The notes: generated from the sequence alone by a model not told the origin. DNA of 64,000 nt from a bacterium (GCA_030647205.1 JAUSJO010000005.1:138523-202522); one strand, 5' to 3'; positions 19,584-29,893 are shown, counted from the stretch's first letter. Numbers and translations are program-made.

Positions 19584-20543
19584 ATGACGACTAACACACT
19601 TTTGCTTTTGGTTTTAGTGGCCATATTTTTTGGAGGCATTTTTGCAACAAAACTTTTCCTAAAGTTACCTGCAAAAAGATTCTATATTGGTATACCAGCA
19701 ATTATTATTGGACTTATTATAGGGGCACTTATATCCCTACCTCTCCAAAAACTTCCGGGCGACTTTGCCATCTGGGTTCCGGTGACCGTTAGCGCTGTAT
19801 GCGTTGTTGCTTCTCTGTATCTTTTCTTCGCGAAAACTCAAGGAATAGAGAAGTTTTTCACCGATATCTTCAAACTTATCAGGCTACCGAAGCTGGAAGA
19901 CGCAGGCAAAAGCAAAGAAAAAAATAAAATAATCCTAGATACCTCGGCCATAATTGACGGGAGATTTTTGGATGTGGTCAAGACGGGTTTCATGACGGGT
20001 AATTTCCTGCTCTTCAGATTTGTTTTGCATGAACTTCAAAACATTGCAGACTCCAGCGAAAACCTAAGAAGAGAAAAGGGGAAAAAGGGTCTTGAGGTTT
20101 TGGATAAGCTGAAGAAAGAAAAAGGAGTGAAACTTGAAGTTTCAACTGAGGATGTTCCTGATATTCAGGAAGTTGATGCCAAGCTTGTGAAGCTTGCGAA
20201 ACAGAAGGGGGCAATCATCTTAACAACAGACTATAACCTGAACAAGGTAGCAAAGATTCAAGGCGTCAGGGTTTTAAATATCAACGAACTTTCCGAGGCA
20301 ATAAAGCCCATTATTATCCCGGGTGAAAAGATGACTCTTAAAATTATTCAAACCGGAAAAGACAAGACTCAAGGGGTGGCTTATCTGACTGACGGCACGA
20401 TGATAGTGGTGGAGCGAGGCGGAAAGTCCATCGGGAAGGAACTGGATGTAGTGATCACCAGAATACTCCAGACGCCGGCGGGGAAAATGTATTTTGCAAA
20501 AATAAACGGTTCTGATAATGGTGAAAATAGAAGAAAACATTGA
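19584..20543 (+). CDS. Membrane PIN/TRAM-domain protein (YacL family)
   Basis: N-terminal TMs, ILDTSAIIDGR, TTDYNLNKVA, QGVAYL.DGTMIVVE; clpC-radA-yacL synteny. Confidence 0.9.
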   Translation: MTTNTLLLLVLVAIFFGGIFATKLFLKLPAKRFYIGIPAIIIGLIIGALISLPLQKLPGDFAIWVPVTVSAVCVVASLYLFFAKTQGIEKFFTDIFKLIRLPKLEDAGKSKEKNKIILDTSAIIDGRFLDVVKTGFMTGNFLLFRFVLHELQNIADSSENLRREKGKKGLEVLDKLKKEKGVKLEVSTEDVPDIQEVDAKLVKLAKQKGAIILTTDYNLNKVAKIQGVRVLNINELSEAIKPIIIPGEKMTLKIIQTGKDKTQGVAYLTDGTMIVVERGGKSIGKELDVVITRILQTPAGKMYFAKINGSDNGENRRKH

Positions 20544-21423
20544 TCTAAAAAAATATAATACCTATGGTGTCGGCGGAAGCGCTAAGTATTTTGTATTGGC
20601 AAAAAGTGGGCAGGATTTGGTTGATGCTTTTAACTTTGCGAAAGAGAAACATATAAATTATTTGGTTCTTGGTGGTGGCAGCAATGTTTTGATTTCTGAT
20701 GACGGATATGACGGTATTGTGATAGTGAATAAGGCAAATGAAATTGAAAGAAGCGGAAACAAAGTCAAAGTATCATCCGGAGCAAGTTTGGCGAGAATTA
20801 TAAAATTATTGAGTGAAGAGGGATTAGCTGGAGGAGAGTTTTTGGCTGGGATCCCAGGGACTCTAGGCGGGGCAATTCTTGGAAATGCCGGAGCATGGGG
20901 AAAGTCAATTGAAAGTATTATCGAGTCGGTAGAGTTCCTGAATGAAACAGGCGTGCAAGAAATTCAGAGAAGTGAAATGGTCTTTAGCTACCGTGATAGC
21001 AGCTTCAAGAAAATGGAAGGGATTATTTTGAGTGCGACCATGGTTTTTTCTGAAGGTTCTAGTGAAAAAGTTGCCTCAGCCGTAAAAGAAATTTTATCAA
21101 AGAGAAGCGGGAAGCATCCGGCGGGGAAGTCTTGCGGGAGCTTTTTTAAAAATATTGAAACGGCAGATTTGTCTCCTGAAATTTATAATAAAATGCGCGA
21201 TTGGGAAGTTGGTGGTAAAGTTGCGGCAGGAAAGTTAATCGAAGAAGCAGGAGCCAAGGGCATGAAAGTTGGTGGGGCAGAAGTTTCGCAGATGCATGCG
21301 AATTTTCTGGTAAATATCAGCGATGCTACAGCGGGTGATATCAAGGAATTGGCCAAGCAAGTAAAGCAAAAAGTTTATGAAAAGTTTAGTGTAGAGCTGG
21401 AGCCGGAAGTAAGGTATCTTTAG
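20518..21423 (+). CDS. murB: UDP-N-acetylmuramate dehydrogenase
   Basis: GGGSN, GIPGTLGGA..NAGA, GSFFKN, HANF and LEPEV motifs. Confidence 0.95.
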   Translation: MVKIEENIDLKKYNTYGVGGSAKYFVLAKSGQDLVDAFNFAKEKHINYLVLGGGSNVLISDDGYDGIVIVNKANEIERSGNKVKVSSGASLARIIKLLSEEGLAGGEFLAGIPGTLGGAILGNAGAWGKSIESIIESVEFLNETGVQEIQRSEMVFSYRDSSFKKMEGIILSATMVFSEGSSEKVASAVKEILSKRSGKHPAGKSCGSFFKNIETADLSPEIYNKMRDWEVGGKVAAGKLIEEAGAKGMKVGGAEVSQMHANFLVNISDATAGDIKELAKQVKQKVYEKFSVELEPEVRYL

Positions 21424-21560
21424 CTTCCTGTCATCCTTGCAAAGGCAATAATTTCGTTTCCAAATAGTTGTTTACTTGTGGACTAATTTATTCTAATATT
21501 GTCTGGCGTTAGCACCTTGTTATTTTCCCATGCTTTAGAAAACCTAAGGAGGTTTGAGCA

Positions 21561-21761
21561 ATGTCCGAAGATAAGCCTTTGATATTGGCGAGGAATTCCA
21601 AAGGAACAATAGACGTTCGATTACCTGCCGCTTTTTATAAAAAGCTCTGGTCGGACGTAGCAACTGTAGAGGCAGAAGAACTAGTCCATAAAGGACTGAA
21701 AAGGAGGCGTCTCTCAGTCGGGCCGGACGGAAGGTTGATCCCAATTAACGAGGTGGTATAG
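21561..21761 (+). CDS. Small hypothetical protein, paralogue 1 of 3
   Basis: SD AAGGAGGT; similar to the next two ORFs. Confidence 0.75.
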   Translation: MSEDKPLILARNSKGTIDVRLPAAFYKKLWSDVATVEAEELVHKGLKRRRLSVGPDGRLIPINEVV

Positions 21762-21764
21762 AAA

Positions 21765-21950
21765 ATGCCAAAACCTATCAAACTCGCAAAGCATTCAAGA
21801 GGGACAGTAGATGTTCGATTACCAGATGCTTTTTACAAAAAAATCTGGCATGATGTGGCGATGATTCAAGGTGAGGAAAGGACGTTCAGAGGACAGCGAA
21901 AGAAACGCCTATTTGCTGGACCGAACGGAGAATTCGTGGAGGTGATCTAA
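21765..21950 (+). CDS. Small hypothetical protein, paralogue 2 of 3
   Basis: GTVDVRLPDAFYKKIW versus GTIDVRLPAAFYKKLW; SD GAGGT. Confidence 0.75.
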   Translation: MPKPIKLAKHSRGTVDVRLPDAFYKKIWHDVAMIQGEERTFRGQRKKRLFAGPNGEFVEVI

Positions 21951-22145
21951 ATGTGTGTACCAAAACCAAAAGAGCAGGTTGCTCTCAGGTATACAGTCAC
22001 ATTTAACCCGGATATTCCGACTGAACTTATCCAGAAAATCTGGGCTATGGTTGATGCGGTCGAAGGTAGGGAACGCGAACTGTTAGGGCGTAGAATGAGG
22101 AGATTCGAAATACTCCCCGACGGGAATTTCCACTACCTCAACTAG
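21951..22145 (+). CDS. Small hypothetical protein, paralogue 3 of 3 (divergent)
   Basis: IP...QKIW..V..V.G.ER...G.R.RR....PDG.F; SD GGAGGTGA. Confidence 0.7.
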   Translation: MCVPKPKEQVALRYTVTFNPDIPTELIQKIWAMVDAVEGRERELLGRRMRRFEILPDGNFHYLN

Positions 22146-22153
22146 TACAGATC

Positions 22154-22182
22154 GGGGCGGGTTTCTAAAAGAAACCCGCCCC
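22154..22182. terminator. Hairpin between convergent genes
   Basis: GGGGCGGGTTTC-taaaa-GAAACCCGCCCC. Confidence 0.75.
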
Positions 22183-22205
22183 ATTTCATTTATACAATTA
22201 TTATT

Positions 22206-23264
22206 TTATTCTTTAGCAGACCCAGGTTCGTTAGTTGGTTCGGACTCTGGAGGAGTAGTCTCGGCTGGTTCGGACGCTTGAGGCTCGGGTATAGTTGTTG
22301 GCTCAGACGTTGGATAAGCGGTGGCAGCCGGATCGGTCTGAGGAGCCGGTGGTGTTGGTTGAGCCGGCTGTACAGGTGGCTGTGTATTTTGGATTGGTTG
22401 TTCGGGTTGTTGTGTCTGTGGGGTCTGTTGAGCAGGTGGGGCTGGTTGTGTTGGTGGTTGAGCTGTCGGATTTGTCATGGATGAGACCATACTTTCTAAA
22501 CCTCCTATGCCTCCCACGGCAGCGCCCATACCACCTCCAAAGTTAAAAACTTTCCCAATAAAGCCTTGTTTAATCTCATTGATCATTGTTTCGAGATTCG
22601 TGCCTTGCGGTAAAGTTTCTGCTAACTTCCGGCCGTCCTTTAAGATTTTCCAGCCATAAATAATACTAAGTAAACGAATAATAAAGGTTATAAGGCTAGA
22701 GATAATCATAAGTATGCCTATCCAAAAAAACGCTTGCAGAGCAATCCCAGTTGTTTTTGCATCCTTTGTCCAGGAAGCGGGGTTAGCCGGATCGTAATTG
22801 ATGGTAACGGTCTGTCCTTCTGACAATCCACAGTTACCCGACGAAGAGGTAGAGGCTTGTTTTGTGTATTCCTTACCATCAACTGTATAACGTGCTGTCA
22901 ACGAACAAGAAGGGCTGTTGTTTGATGATCTTGTACGACTTGTAGTATTTGTATTCGTATTTGTGTTCATGCCAACTGAAACAACCGTTGCTTGAGTTGT
23001 TGCCGTCATTTTGTTTATGCCGGACATATTTCCAAAAATTGTTGGGATAAAAAGAAAAAGGACTCCGAAAAGGACGCCCGCTACCGTACCAAATATCCCA
23101 GGGCGCTTTTTGCCGCCAAATGGGTTATCTATACCAATAAAACCATCTGTGATGAGAACGGCGCCGATTGCTTGTTCTGCGGCTGCATATGTTGCCGGTT
23201 CTTGTTGTTTATATGGTTCAAGAAAACTTTCCGCATGCTTTTTTAGGGTAGAAAAAATCTTCAT
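22206..23264 (-). CDS. DUF3592-like membrane protein with Pro/Gln/Thr-rich C-terminal tail
   Basis: Y.VDGKEY...GQTVTINYDPANP pattern flanked by TMs; SD AGGAG before ATG 23264. Confidence 0.75.
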   Translation of the reverse strand: MKIFSTLKKHAESFLEPYKQQEPATYAAAEQAIGAVLITDGFIGIDNPFGGKKRPGIFGTVAGVLFGVLFLFIPTIFGNMSGINKMTATTQATVVSVGMNTNTNTNTTSRTRSSNNSPSCSLTARYTVDGKEYTKQASTSSSGNCGLSEGQTVTINYDPANPASWTKDAKTTGIALQAFFWIGILMIISSLITFIIRLLSIIYGWKILKDGRKLAETLPQGTNLETMINEIKQGFIGKVFNFGGGMGAAVGGIGGLESMVSSMTNPTAQPPTQPAPPAQQTPQTQQPEQPIQNTQPPVQPAQPTPPAPQTDPAATAYPTSEPTTIPEPQASEPAETTPPESEPTNEPGSAKE

Positions 23265-23768
23265 TATCACTCCTTTTTCATTTGTTATCACTTATGTTTG
23301 ATTATATCAAAATAAAAAATAAAAGACCATCGAGCTCTAAACTAAAAAACAAGAAGCCGAGCGATCGGCCCTTCTAGAAGAACCTCACACCCGACCTCAG
23401 CTTCTCATCTAGGATTCGGATGCCTAAATTTTGGGCGGCTTCCGAAATAGAGAAACTTCTCCTTTGCATCGAACAGTAAGAATCGGATAGGGCTCGAACA
23501 ACCATTGAGTTTGTTCGGGTAGCGGTGCTTAAGTTTGATCAACTGATGCTCAAGTTCGTCTGACTTCTTTTTGTTCGCCAGAGCTCCCTCTCGCACTTTG
23601 CTGAAACTCCCTCTCACACTTCACCAAAACTCACTCTAGGTGAAGTCCTAACCATGGCATCTTCATCTCGCTGCCTAGCCGGGAGAATAAATATTACGAA
23701 TATTCATAAGATCAATCCCTCCGACTAAAATCTATTATTTCAAAAATAATGGGTTTTGACAAACAAAA

Positions 23769-26369
23769 CTAAGGCTTTACGGTAACATGAATTGTCTGTG
23801 ACTGTGTGCTTTTCGAAGCCTTGTCTTTCACTGTTGCATATAATGTGTGCTCGCCAACACTTCCAAGTGGCACATTTGCAGTATAACCATTGCCATTTGG
23901 CATAGCGGAAGCTTCATAACTTGTACCATTATCAACTGTTACTGTAACTTTATCGATACCGGCAGCAGCCTCGGCATTTATATTCACAACAACAGGAGTC
24001 TCAACATTATCACCTTCTGCCGGAGATGTGATACTGACTGTTGGCGCAGGTTTATTGATATCAGCGCAGTTGTCTTGTTCGGTTGGAATAGTTGTATCGC
24101 CAGCCACAAATCCATTGGCACTTGCCCATGCGGCTATTGGAGCGAACCATCTTGAGTAAGCTGGGTCTCCTTGAGGTATTTCAGCGGTGAGAGCATTTTT
24201 AGTAATGGTGGTAATTTGTGCCGGCGGGCAACTATCATTAACCAGTTTGCCTGTGGCCGGATTTACCTTGTATTCACTCCCGTCGGTGCCTAAAGGAATC
24301 TTGTACCAGCTTGGGAAAATATCAGTACGGGTTTGTTTGGAAGTAGCGGTAGGTTTTTTGCCTGTTACGGCGTCCAGTGTCACACTTTTGATACCGGAAG
24401 GCCGTGAAAACTGCTCAACTTTTGAGCCTGCAAGGGCACTCGTCATAAAGTCATGCCATATTGGAGCAGCAGCGATAGATCCGCCGGCGCTAGACATTGG
24501 TGTGCCGTCATTATTTCCGGCCCATACTCCGGCAACGAGCGATGGGGTATAGCCCATAGTCCATGCGTCTTTGTAGCTGTCGGTAGTACCGGTTTTTGCG
24601 GCAACGGGTCTGCCTTTTAGTGTCAGAGGTCCACCTGTACCAAATACCCTTGCTCTTGAAGCATCGTCCGAGAGTATGTTACTCATAATGTATGCCACCT
24701 GAGCATCCAAAACTCTTTTGCCAGGTTTTTCTTTGTATTCATCCAGAGTTTTACCGTTTGAGTCTTCAATTTTTGTAAACCAAGTTTGATCTTTTTTTAC
24801 TCCGCCATTTGCGAATACTCCGTAAGCTCCTGTCATATCCAGAAGTTTTACCTCGCCGGCACCCAGAACGAGTGATAGTCCATACTGGCTCGGGTCATTT
24901 AGTGTGGTTATACCCATATCATGGGCTGTTTTGATGGAGTTGCTCACGCCGCCTATATATAGAGCCTTAACCGCAGGTATGTTCTCTGATTGCTGAAGAG
25001 CCGATCTCATCGACATCGGTCCCTGGAATCCTCCGTTGTAGTTTCTGGGTACATAGCCGCCACCGAAGTCAGTTCGTACATCAAAGAAAGTGCTTCCAGC
25101 GCCCCAGTTTTCGCCTTTCAATATAGTAGAATATGCAAACGGTTTAAATGATGACCCCGGTTGTCGGTTGGCGATTGCCACATTCACATTTCCGTCAATA
25201 TTTTCATCAAAGAAGTCCCGGCTTCCGACCATGGCCAAGATTTGCCCTGTTTTCGGATCCATCGCAACCAGCGAGGCATTTGACGCTTTATATCTTCCTT
25301 TGTTTTTATCAACATTAGTTGCTACAGCTGCTTCTGCCATTTTCTGTTTTTCTATATCTAGTGTTGTGTAAACTTTAAGCCCGCCGGTATTCACGGTATT
25401 TTCGCCGTATTTTTCTATCAGCTGCTCTTTGACATACATGACAAAGTGGGGGGCAGTGATATTCCCATAAACATTTCCAGAGAAAGCAAGCTGCTCTTTC
25501 TTTGCGGCCTCAGCCTGGTCTTTTGTAATGTATTTCTGTTCGGCCATGAGATCTAGTATCATATCTTTTCGTTTCATCAACTCATCTTTGTGTTGACCGT
25601 ATGGAGAGTAGTATGTTGGTGCATTTGGGAGCGCAGCGAGTGTTGCCGCCTCCGCTAGGGTTAGATTTTTTGCGTCTTTGTTGAAATAAGTTTTTGAGGC
25701 TACTTGTATGCCGTAAGCGTTTGAGCCATAAGGTATTTCGTTCAAATACATCTTTAAAATGTCGTCTTTGGAGTACATTTGTTCAATCATCACGGAAAGC
25801 ATGAACTCTTTAATCTTTCTGGAAAATGATTTTTCATTAGTAAGAATTGCGTTCTTTACAAATTGCTGTGTGATGGTGCTGCCACCCTGACCTTTTTCAC
25901 GATGAACAACGTCATAAACTATACTTCCAACAATTCTCTTAAAGTCGAAACCATGATGTTTATAAAAACCCTTATCTTCGACTGCAACCGTGGCATCTTT
26001 GGCACTTTGTGGGATGTCTTTCATGTCGACAAGTATGCGGTTTTCATTTCCATGAACTTCATAGAGGATTTTACCGTTTCTATCAAATATCTGAGTTGAT
26101 TGAGCTGCAACTTTACTGTTTATTTTCGATGGAGAAGGTAGGTCTTTCGCATACCATGCGGCAAGAAGGATCATTAAACCCATGAAAACCCCAAAGGCAA
26201 TGCCGATCTTTTTCCAGCCGGATTTTGTAAAGAAAAGATTATGAAGAAACTCCTTTGAGCCGGCAACTAGGCCGTATTTCTTAAAGGGGTTTATCTTCTT
26301 TGATTTTCCGGATTTTCCTGAGTAGTTGCTTGCTGGCCGTCTTCTTTTTGTGTATCTTCGTTTAGCCAT
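23769..26369 (-). CDS. Class A penicillin-binding protein (transglycosylase/transpeptidase) with C-terminal Ig-like domain
   Basis: EDKGFY.H.G, GGSTITQQ, RKIKE, SSFK, SEN and KTGT motifs. Confidence 0.95.
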   Translation of the reverse strand: MAKRRYTKRRRPASNYSGKSGKSKKINPFKKYGLVAGSKEFLHNLFFTKSGWKKIGIAFGVFMGLMILLAAWYAKDLPSPSKINSKVAAQSTQIFDRNGKILYEVHGNENRILVDMKDIPQSAKDATVAVEDKGFYKHHGFDFKRIVGSIVYDVVHREKGQGGSTITQQFVKNAILTNEKSFSRKIKEFMLSVMIEQMYSKDDILKMYLNEIPYGSNAYGIQVASKTYFNKDAKNLTLAEAATLAALPNAPTYYSPYGQHKDELMKRKDMILDLMAEQKYITKDQAEAAKKEQLAFSGNVYGNITAPHFVMYVKEQLIEKYGENTVNTGGLKVYTTLDIEKQKMAEAAVATNVDKNKGRYKASNASLVAMDPKTGQILAMVGSRDFFDENIDGNVNVAIANRQPGSSFKPFAYSTILKGENWGAGSTFFDVRTDFGGGYVPRNYNGGFQGPMSMRSALQQSENIPAVKALYIGGVSNSIKTAHDMGITTLNDPSQYGLSLVLGAGEVKLLDMTGAYGVFANGGVKKDQTWFTKIEDSNGKTLDEYKEKPGKRVLDAQVAYIMSNILSDDASRARVFGTGGPLTLKGRPVAAKTGTTDSYKDAWTMGYTPSLVAGVWAGNNDGTPMSSAGGSIAAAPIWHDFMTSALAGSKVEQFSRPSGIKSVTLDAVTGKKPTATSKQTRTDIFPSWYKIPLGTDGSEYKVNPATGKLVNDSCPPAQITTITKNALTAEIPQGDPAYSRWFAPIAAWASANGFVAGDTTIPTEQDNCADINKPAPTVSITSPAEGDNVETPVVVNINAEAAAGIDKVTVTVDNGTSYEASAMPNGNGYTANVPLGSVGEHTLYATVKDKASKSTQSQTIHVTVKP

Positions 26370-26478
26370 ATATTTTGAAGTTGAAATTATTTTCCTATAG
26401 CGTTTGAATTATAGCAAAAAAGAAAGTATAATTGAACAGGTTTTTATTATCAACGATAACTGTTATCAAAAGGAAAAA

Positions 26479-27657
26479 ATGTCAAAAGCGATCGAAAAAC
26501 TTTTAAATAAAAATGTTGAAGAAGTTATTGTAAAGAAAGATTTAGAAAAGCTTCTTTTATCGGGCAAGAAACTTAGAATTTATATAGGGGTTGATCCGTC
26601 AAGTCCGGTTATCCATATTGGCCATGCGGTAGGCTTAAGGAAACTGAGGGAATTTCAGGATTTGGGGCATAAAGTCATTTTCTTAATAGGAGATTTCACT
26701 GGCAGAATCGGTGATCCATCGGGCAAGACCAATCAAAGGGTTCCTTTGACGGAAGAAGAAGTTCTGGAGAACGCTAAAACATATCTTGATCAAGCGTCTA
26801 AAATTATCGACATAAAAAAGGCGGAGATTCGTTACAACGCTGAGTGGCTGGACAAACTTACTTTCAAAGATGTCGTAATGCTTGCTTCAAACTTTACAGT
26901 TCAGCAAATGATTGAGCGTGACATGTTTAAGGAAAGATTAAAAACGAATAAACCAATCGGATTACACGAGTTTCTGTATCCTTTAATGGTGGGTTACGAC
27001 TCAGTTGCTTTAGATGTAGACATAGAAATGGGTGGCACCGACCAGACATTTAACATGCTGGCCGGCAGAACTCTGATGAAAACGATGAAAGGAAAAGAAA
27101 AACATGTCTTGAGCGTTCCGCTGCTTCTTGGTACTGATGGCCGGAAGATGAGCAAAAGTTACGGTAATGTCATAGGCGTAGATGATCCGGCCGATGATAT
27201 GTTTGGTAAGGTTATGAGTATAAAAGATGAGCTCATCATTCAATATTTTGAGCTTTGTACGGATAGAGATGATGAAGAGATAAAGGAAATTACCAAGAAG
27301 CTTAAAGGTGGAGAAAATCCTCGCAATCTAAAGTTTGAGTTAGCGAAAGATATTGTGACCACCTATCATAGTTCAAAAGCAGCAGAGACGGCAGGTCAAG
27401 AATTCGAGAAAATATTCAAAGACAAAGGCAAACCTACAGATATGCCGAAAGTCAGTTATTCAAAAGGCGACAAACTGGTTGATGTTTTGGTTGAGTCAAA
27501 GATAGTGGATTCAAAGTCAGAGGTTCGAAGATTGATCCAGCAAAATGGCGTGAAAGATAATGATGAAACAGTCACCGATATTGACTACACACTCGCAAAT
27601 GGAAAACATACGGTTCAAGTTGGGAAGAGACGGTTTGTAGAACTATCAGAAAAATAA
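26479..27657 (+). CDS. tyrS: Tyrosyl-tRNA synthetase
   Basis: HIGH, GGTDQ and KMSKS motifs; C-terminal S4 domain. Confidence 0.96.
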   Translation: MSKAIEKLLNKNVEEVIVKKDLEKLLLSGKKLRIYIGVDPSSPVIHIGHAVGLRKLREFQDLGHKVIFLIGDFTGRIGDPSGKTNQRVPLTEEEVLENAKTYLDQASKIIDIKKAEIRYNAEWLDKLTFKDVVMLASNFTVQQMIERDMFKERLKTNKPIGLHEFLYPLMVGYDSVALDVDIEMGGTDQTFNMLAGRTLMKTMKGKEKHVLSVPLLLGTDGRKMSKSYGNVIGVDDPADDMFGKVMSIKDELIIQYFELCTDRDDEEIKEITKKLKGGENPRNLKFELAKDIVTTYHSSKAAETAGQEFEKIFKDKGKPTDMPKVSYSKGDKLVDVLVESKIVDSKSEVRRLIQQNGVKDNDETVTDIDYTLANGKHTVQVGKRRFVELSEK

Positions 27658-27670
27658 TTTAATTTAAAAT

Positions 27671-29821
27671 ATGAATAGCCCTATAACGCTTAAAACTACA
27701 GTTTCGCAGCTTCAGGGGGTGGGCTCGGTATATCAAAAGAAACTGGAAAAACTTCACGTAGACACAGTTGAAGACTTGCTTTTGTATTTGCCGAGAACTT
27801 GGGAAGACTTTTCTAAGATTACGGAAATTGCCAAAGTCAGACCGCCGGGAACTTACTGTATACAGGGAAATATCTGGAGTATCGGTAACAAACGCTCGGT
27901 AAGAAGGCGGATGTCGATAACCGAGGCTATCATTGCCGATAAAACCGGAACCATGAAAGCAGTCTGGTTCAACCAGCCATTTCTCATAAAAAATATGAAG
28001 CAGGGTGATGAGATTTTACTTGCCGGAAGAGTAGAAAATGAATATGGCAAAATTCTCATGAAGTCGCCGGCGTATGAGAAAAAGTCCGATGAACAGACGC
28101 ATTTGGGAAAGATAGTCCCGACTTATAAAGAAACTGATGGCCTATCCTCTCGCTGGCTCAGATATCAGATAACTAAGCTGGTGAAGATCATTTACTCTTT
28201 CAAAGAGTACTTACCGGCTGATGTGATAAAAAACCAAAGTTTGATTAGCTACTCTGCCATGATTCGCCAGCTTCACTTCCCCGATAACTCATATCAGCTG
28301 GAAAAAGCGATAGATCGTCTAAACTTCGACGAGATGTTCCTCTTACAAGTTGCAGTCCAAAATCAGAGGAAGACACTCGATAAAAACCGAGCAATCTCAG
28401 TCCAGTTTAATGAGGAGTTGTCAAAAGAATTCGTCAAAAGCCTAGGATTTACGCTTACCACAGCTCAGAAAAAATCCATTTGGGAGATAATCAAAGATCT
28501 TGAAAAGCCCACTCCGATGAATAGACTTCTTGAGGGTGATGTTGGGTCAGGGAAAACCGTAGTGTCGGCAATGGCAACTTTGATGGTAGCTCGTAATGGA
28601 TTTCAAACGGTATTTTTGGCGCCCACAGAGATTCTCGCCAAACAGCACTATGAATCTTTGAAGAAAATGCTGGAACCATTTGGTGTAAGAGTTGCCTTAC
28701 TTACTGGCAAAAAAGCCCTCCTTCCTTCCGTCATTCCCGCCCCACCTTCTGTCATTCCCGCGGAGGCGGGAATCCAGTCATCACTGAAAGAGGAAAACGT
28801 GAAATCAAAAAAATCAGTGGAAGCCGAGGTTTTAAAACAGGCCAAAGAAGGGGAGATACAGGTTCTTGTCGGTACTCACGCAGTACTTAAAGAAGACATA
28901 GACTTTTGGAGCTTGGCATTCGTGATAGTTGATGAACAGCATAGATTTGGAGTAGGACAGCGCGCTAAATTACGCCAAAAATCAGGGTCAGATGGAACGA
29001 TGCCGCACTTCCTTTCAATGTCAGCAACACCAATCCCGCGGACTCTGACACTTTCGGTTTACGGTGATCTGGATATCTCGGTGATTGACGAGATGCCGCC
29101 GGGGAGGAAGAAAGTAGCGACATTCGTAATTCCACCAGAAAAGAAAGAAGATTCATATGAATTCATTCGCCAGACTGTGAAAAAGGGGAGACAGGTTTTT
29201 GTCATCTGTCCGCTGATAGATGACTCAGAAAATATGGAGCTTCGAAGCGTCACCGCAGAGTATGAGAGATTATCCAGAATGGTATTTACCGATCTCAAAA
29301 TCGCCATGATTCACGGGAAGATGAGACCGGAGGAAAAAGAAAGAATCATGAGCGACTTTGCGACCGGCAAGACAAACATCCTTGTTTCGACATCTTTGGT
29401 TGAGGTTGGTGTCGATGTGCCAAATGCGACTATCATGATTATCGAGGGCGCTGATAGATTTGGTTTGGCACAACTGCATCAGTTCCGCGGAAGAGTTGGT
29501 AGGGGAAAGTACCAGTCATATTGTTTCCTTTTCACCGACAACCAGTCTGAAACTGTTCAGAAAAGACTCGATGCGATAACTAAAACAAATGATGGGTTTA
29601 AAATTGCTGAGAAAGATCTGGAAATAAGAGGACCGGGTGAAGTTCTCGGCGAACGCCAGCACGGTCTGCCGGATATCAAGACTCAGAATCTAATGAATGT
29701 AGAGCTGATAAAAAGAACAAAAACCGAAGCCAAAAACTTCCTGAAGAAAAATGAAGTAAATGATTTCCCGTTACTCGCAGAGAAAATCTCTAAATATGAT
29801 GGGGTAGCAAATCTGGAGTAG
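27671..29821 (+). CDS. recG: ATP-dependent DNA helicase RecG, carrying an in-frame palindrome insertion
   Basis: GDVGSGKT, DEQHRFG, SATPIPRTL, QLHQFRGRVGR and DLEIRGPG motifs. Confidence 0.96.
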   Translation: MNSPITLKTTVSQLQGVGSVYQKKLEKLHVDTVEDLLLYLPRTWEDFSKITEIAKVRPPGTYCIQGNIWSIGNKRSVRRRMSITEAIIADKTGTMKAVWFNQPFLIKNMKQGDEILLAGRVENEYGKILMKSPAYEKKSDEQTHLGKIVPTYKETDGLSSRWLRYQITKLVKIIYSFKEYLPADVIKNQSLISYSAMIRQLHFPDNSYQLEKAIDRLNFDEMFLLQVAVQNQRKTLDKNRAISVQFNEELSKEFVKSLGFTLTTAQKKSIWEIIKDLEKPTPMNRLLEGDVGSGKTVVSAMATLMVARNGFQTVFLAPTEILAKQHYESLKKMLEPFGVRVALLTGKKALLPSVIPAPPSVIPAEAGIQSSLKEENVKSKKSVEAEVLKQAKEGEIQVLVGTHAVLKEDIDFWSLAFVIVDEQHRFGVGQRAKLRQKSGSDGTMPHFLSMSATPIPRTLTLSVYGDLDISVIDEMPPGRKKVATFVIPPEKKEDSYEFIRQTVKKGRQVFVICPLIDDSENMELRSVTAEYERLSRMVFTDLKIAMIHGKMRPEEKERIMSDFATGKTNILVSTSLVEVGVDVPNATIMIIEGADRFGLAQLHQFRGRVGRGKYQSYCFLFTDNQSETVQKRLDAITKTNDGFKIAEKDLEIRGPGEVLGERQHGLPDIKTQNLMNVELIKRTKTEAKNFLKKNEVNDFPLLAEKISKYDGVANLE
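28724..28777 (+). repeat. GTCAT palindrome unit (plus partial duplicate) inserted in frame in recG
   Basis: TGTCATTCCCGCGGAGGCGGGAATCCAG at 28750-28777 is identical to intergenic copies at 10369 and 16943; encodes PSVIPAPPSVIPAEAGIQ. Confidence 0.92.
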
Positions 29822-29834
29822 TTGCAAAAAACTC

Positions 29835-29892
29835 TTGTAACACGAACGAGACATATGTTATAATCATTACATAAGTCAAAGGAATGTTATAA
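29835..29892 (+). promoter_or_regulatory. Promoter with putative operator of the HTH-Doc operon
   Basis: TTGTAA-18-TATAAT; TAACA-N13-TGTTA inverted repeat at 29838-29860; ATGTTATAA repeated at 29855 and 29884. Confidence 0.5.
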
Positions 29893-29893
29893 A

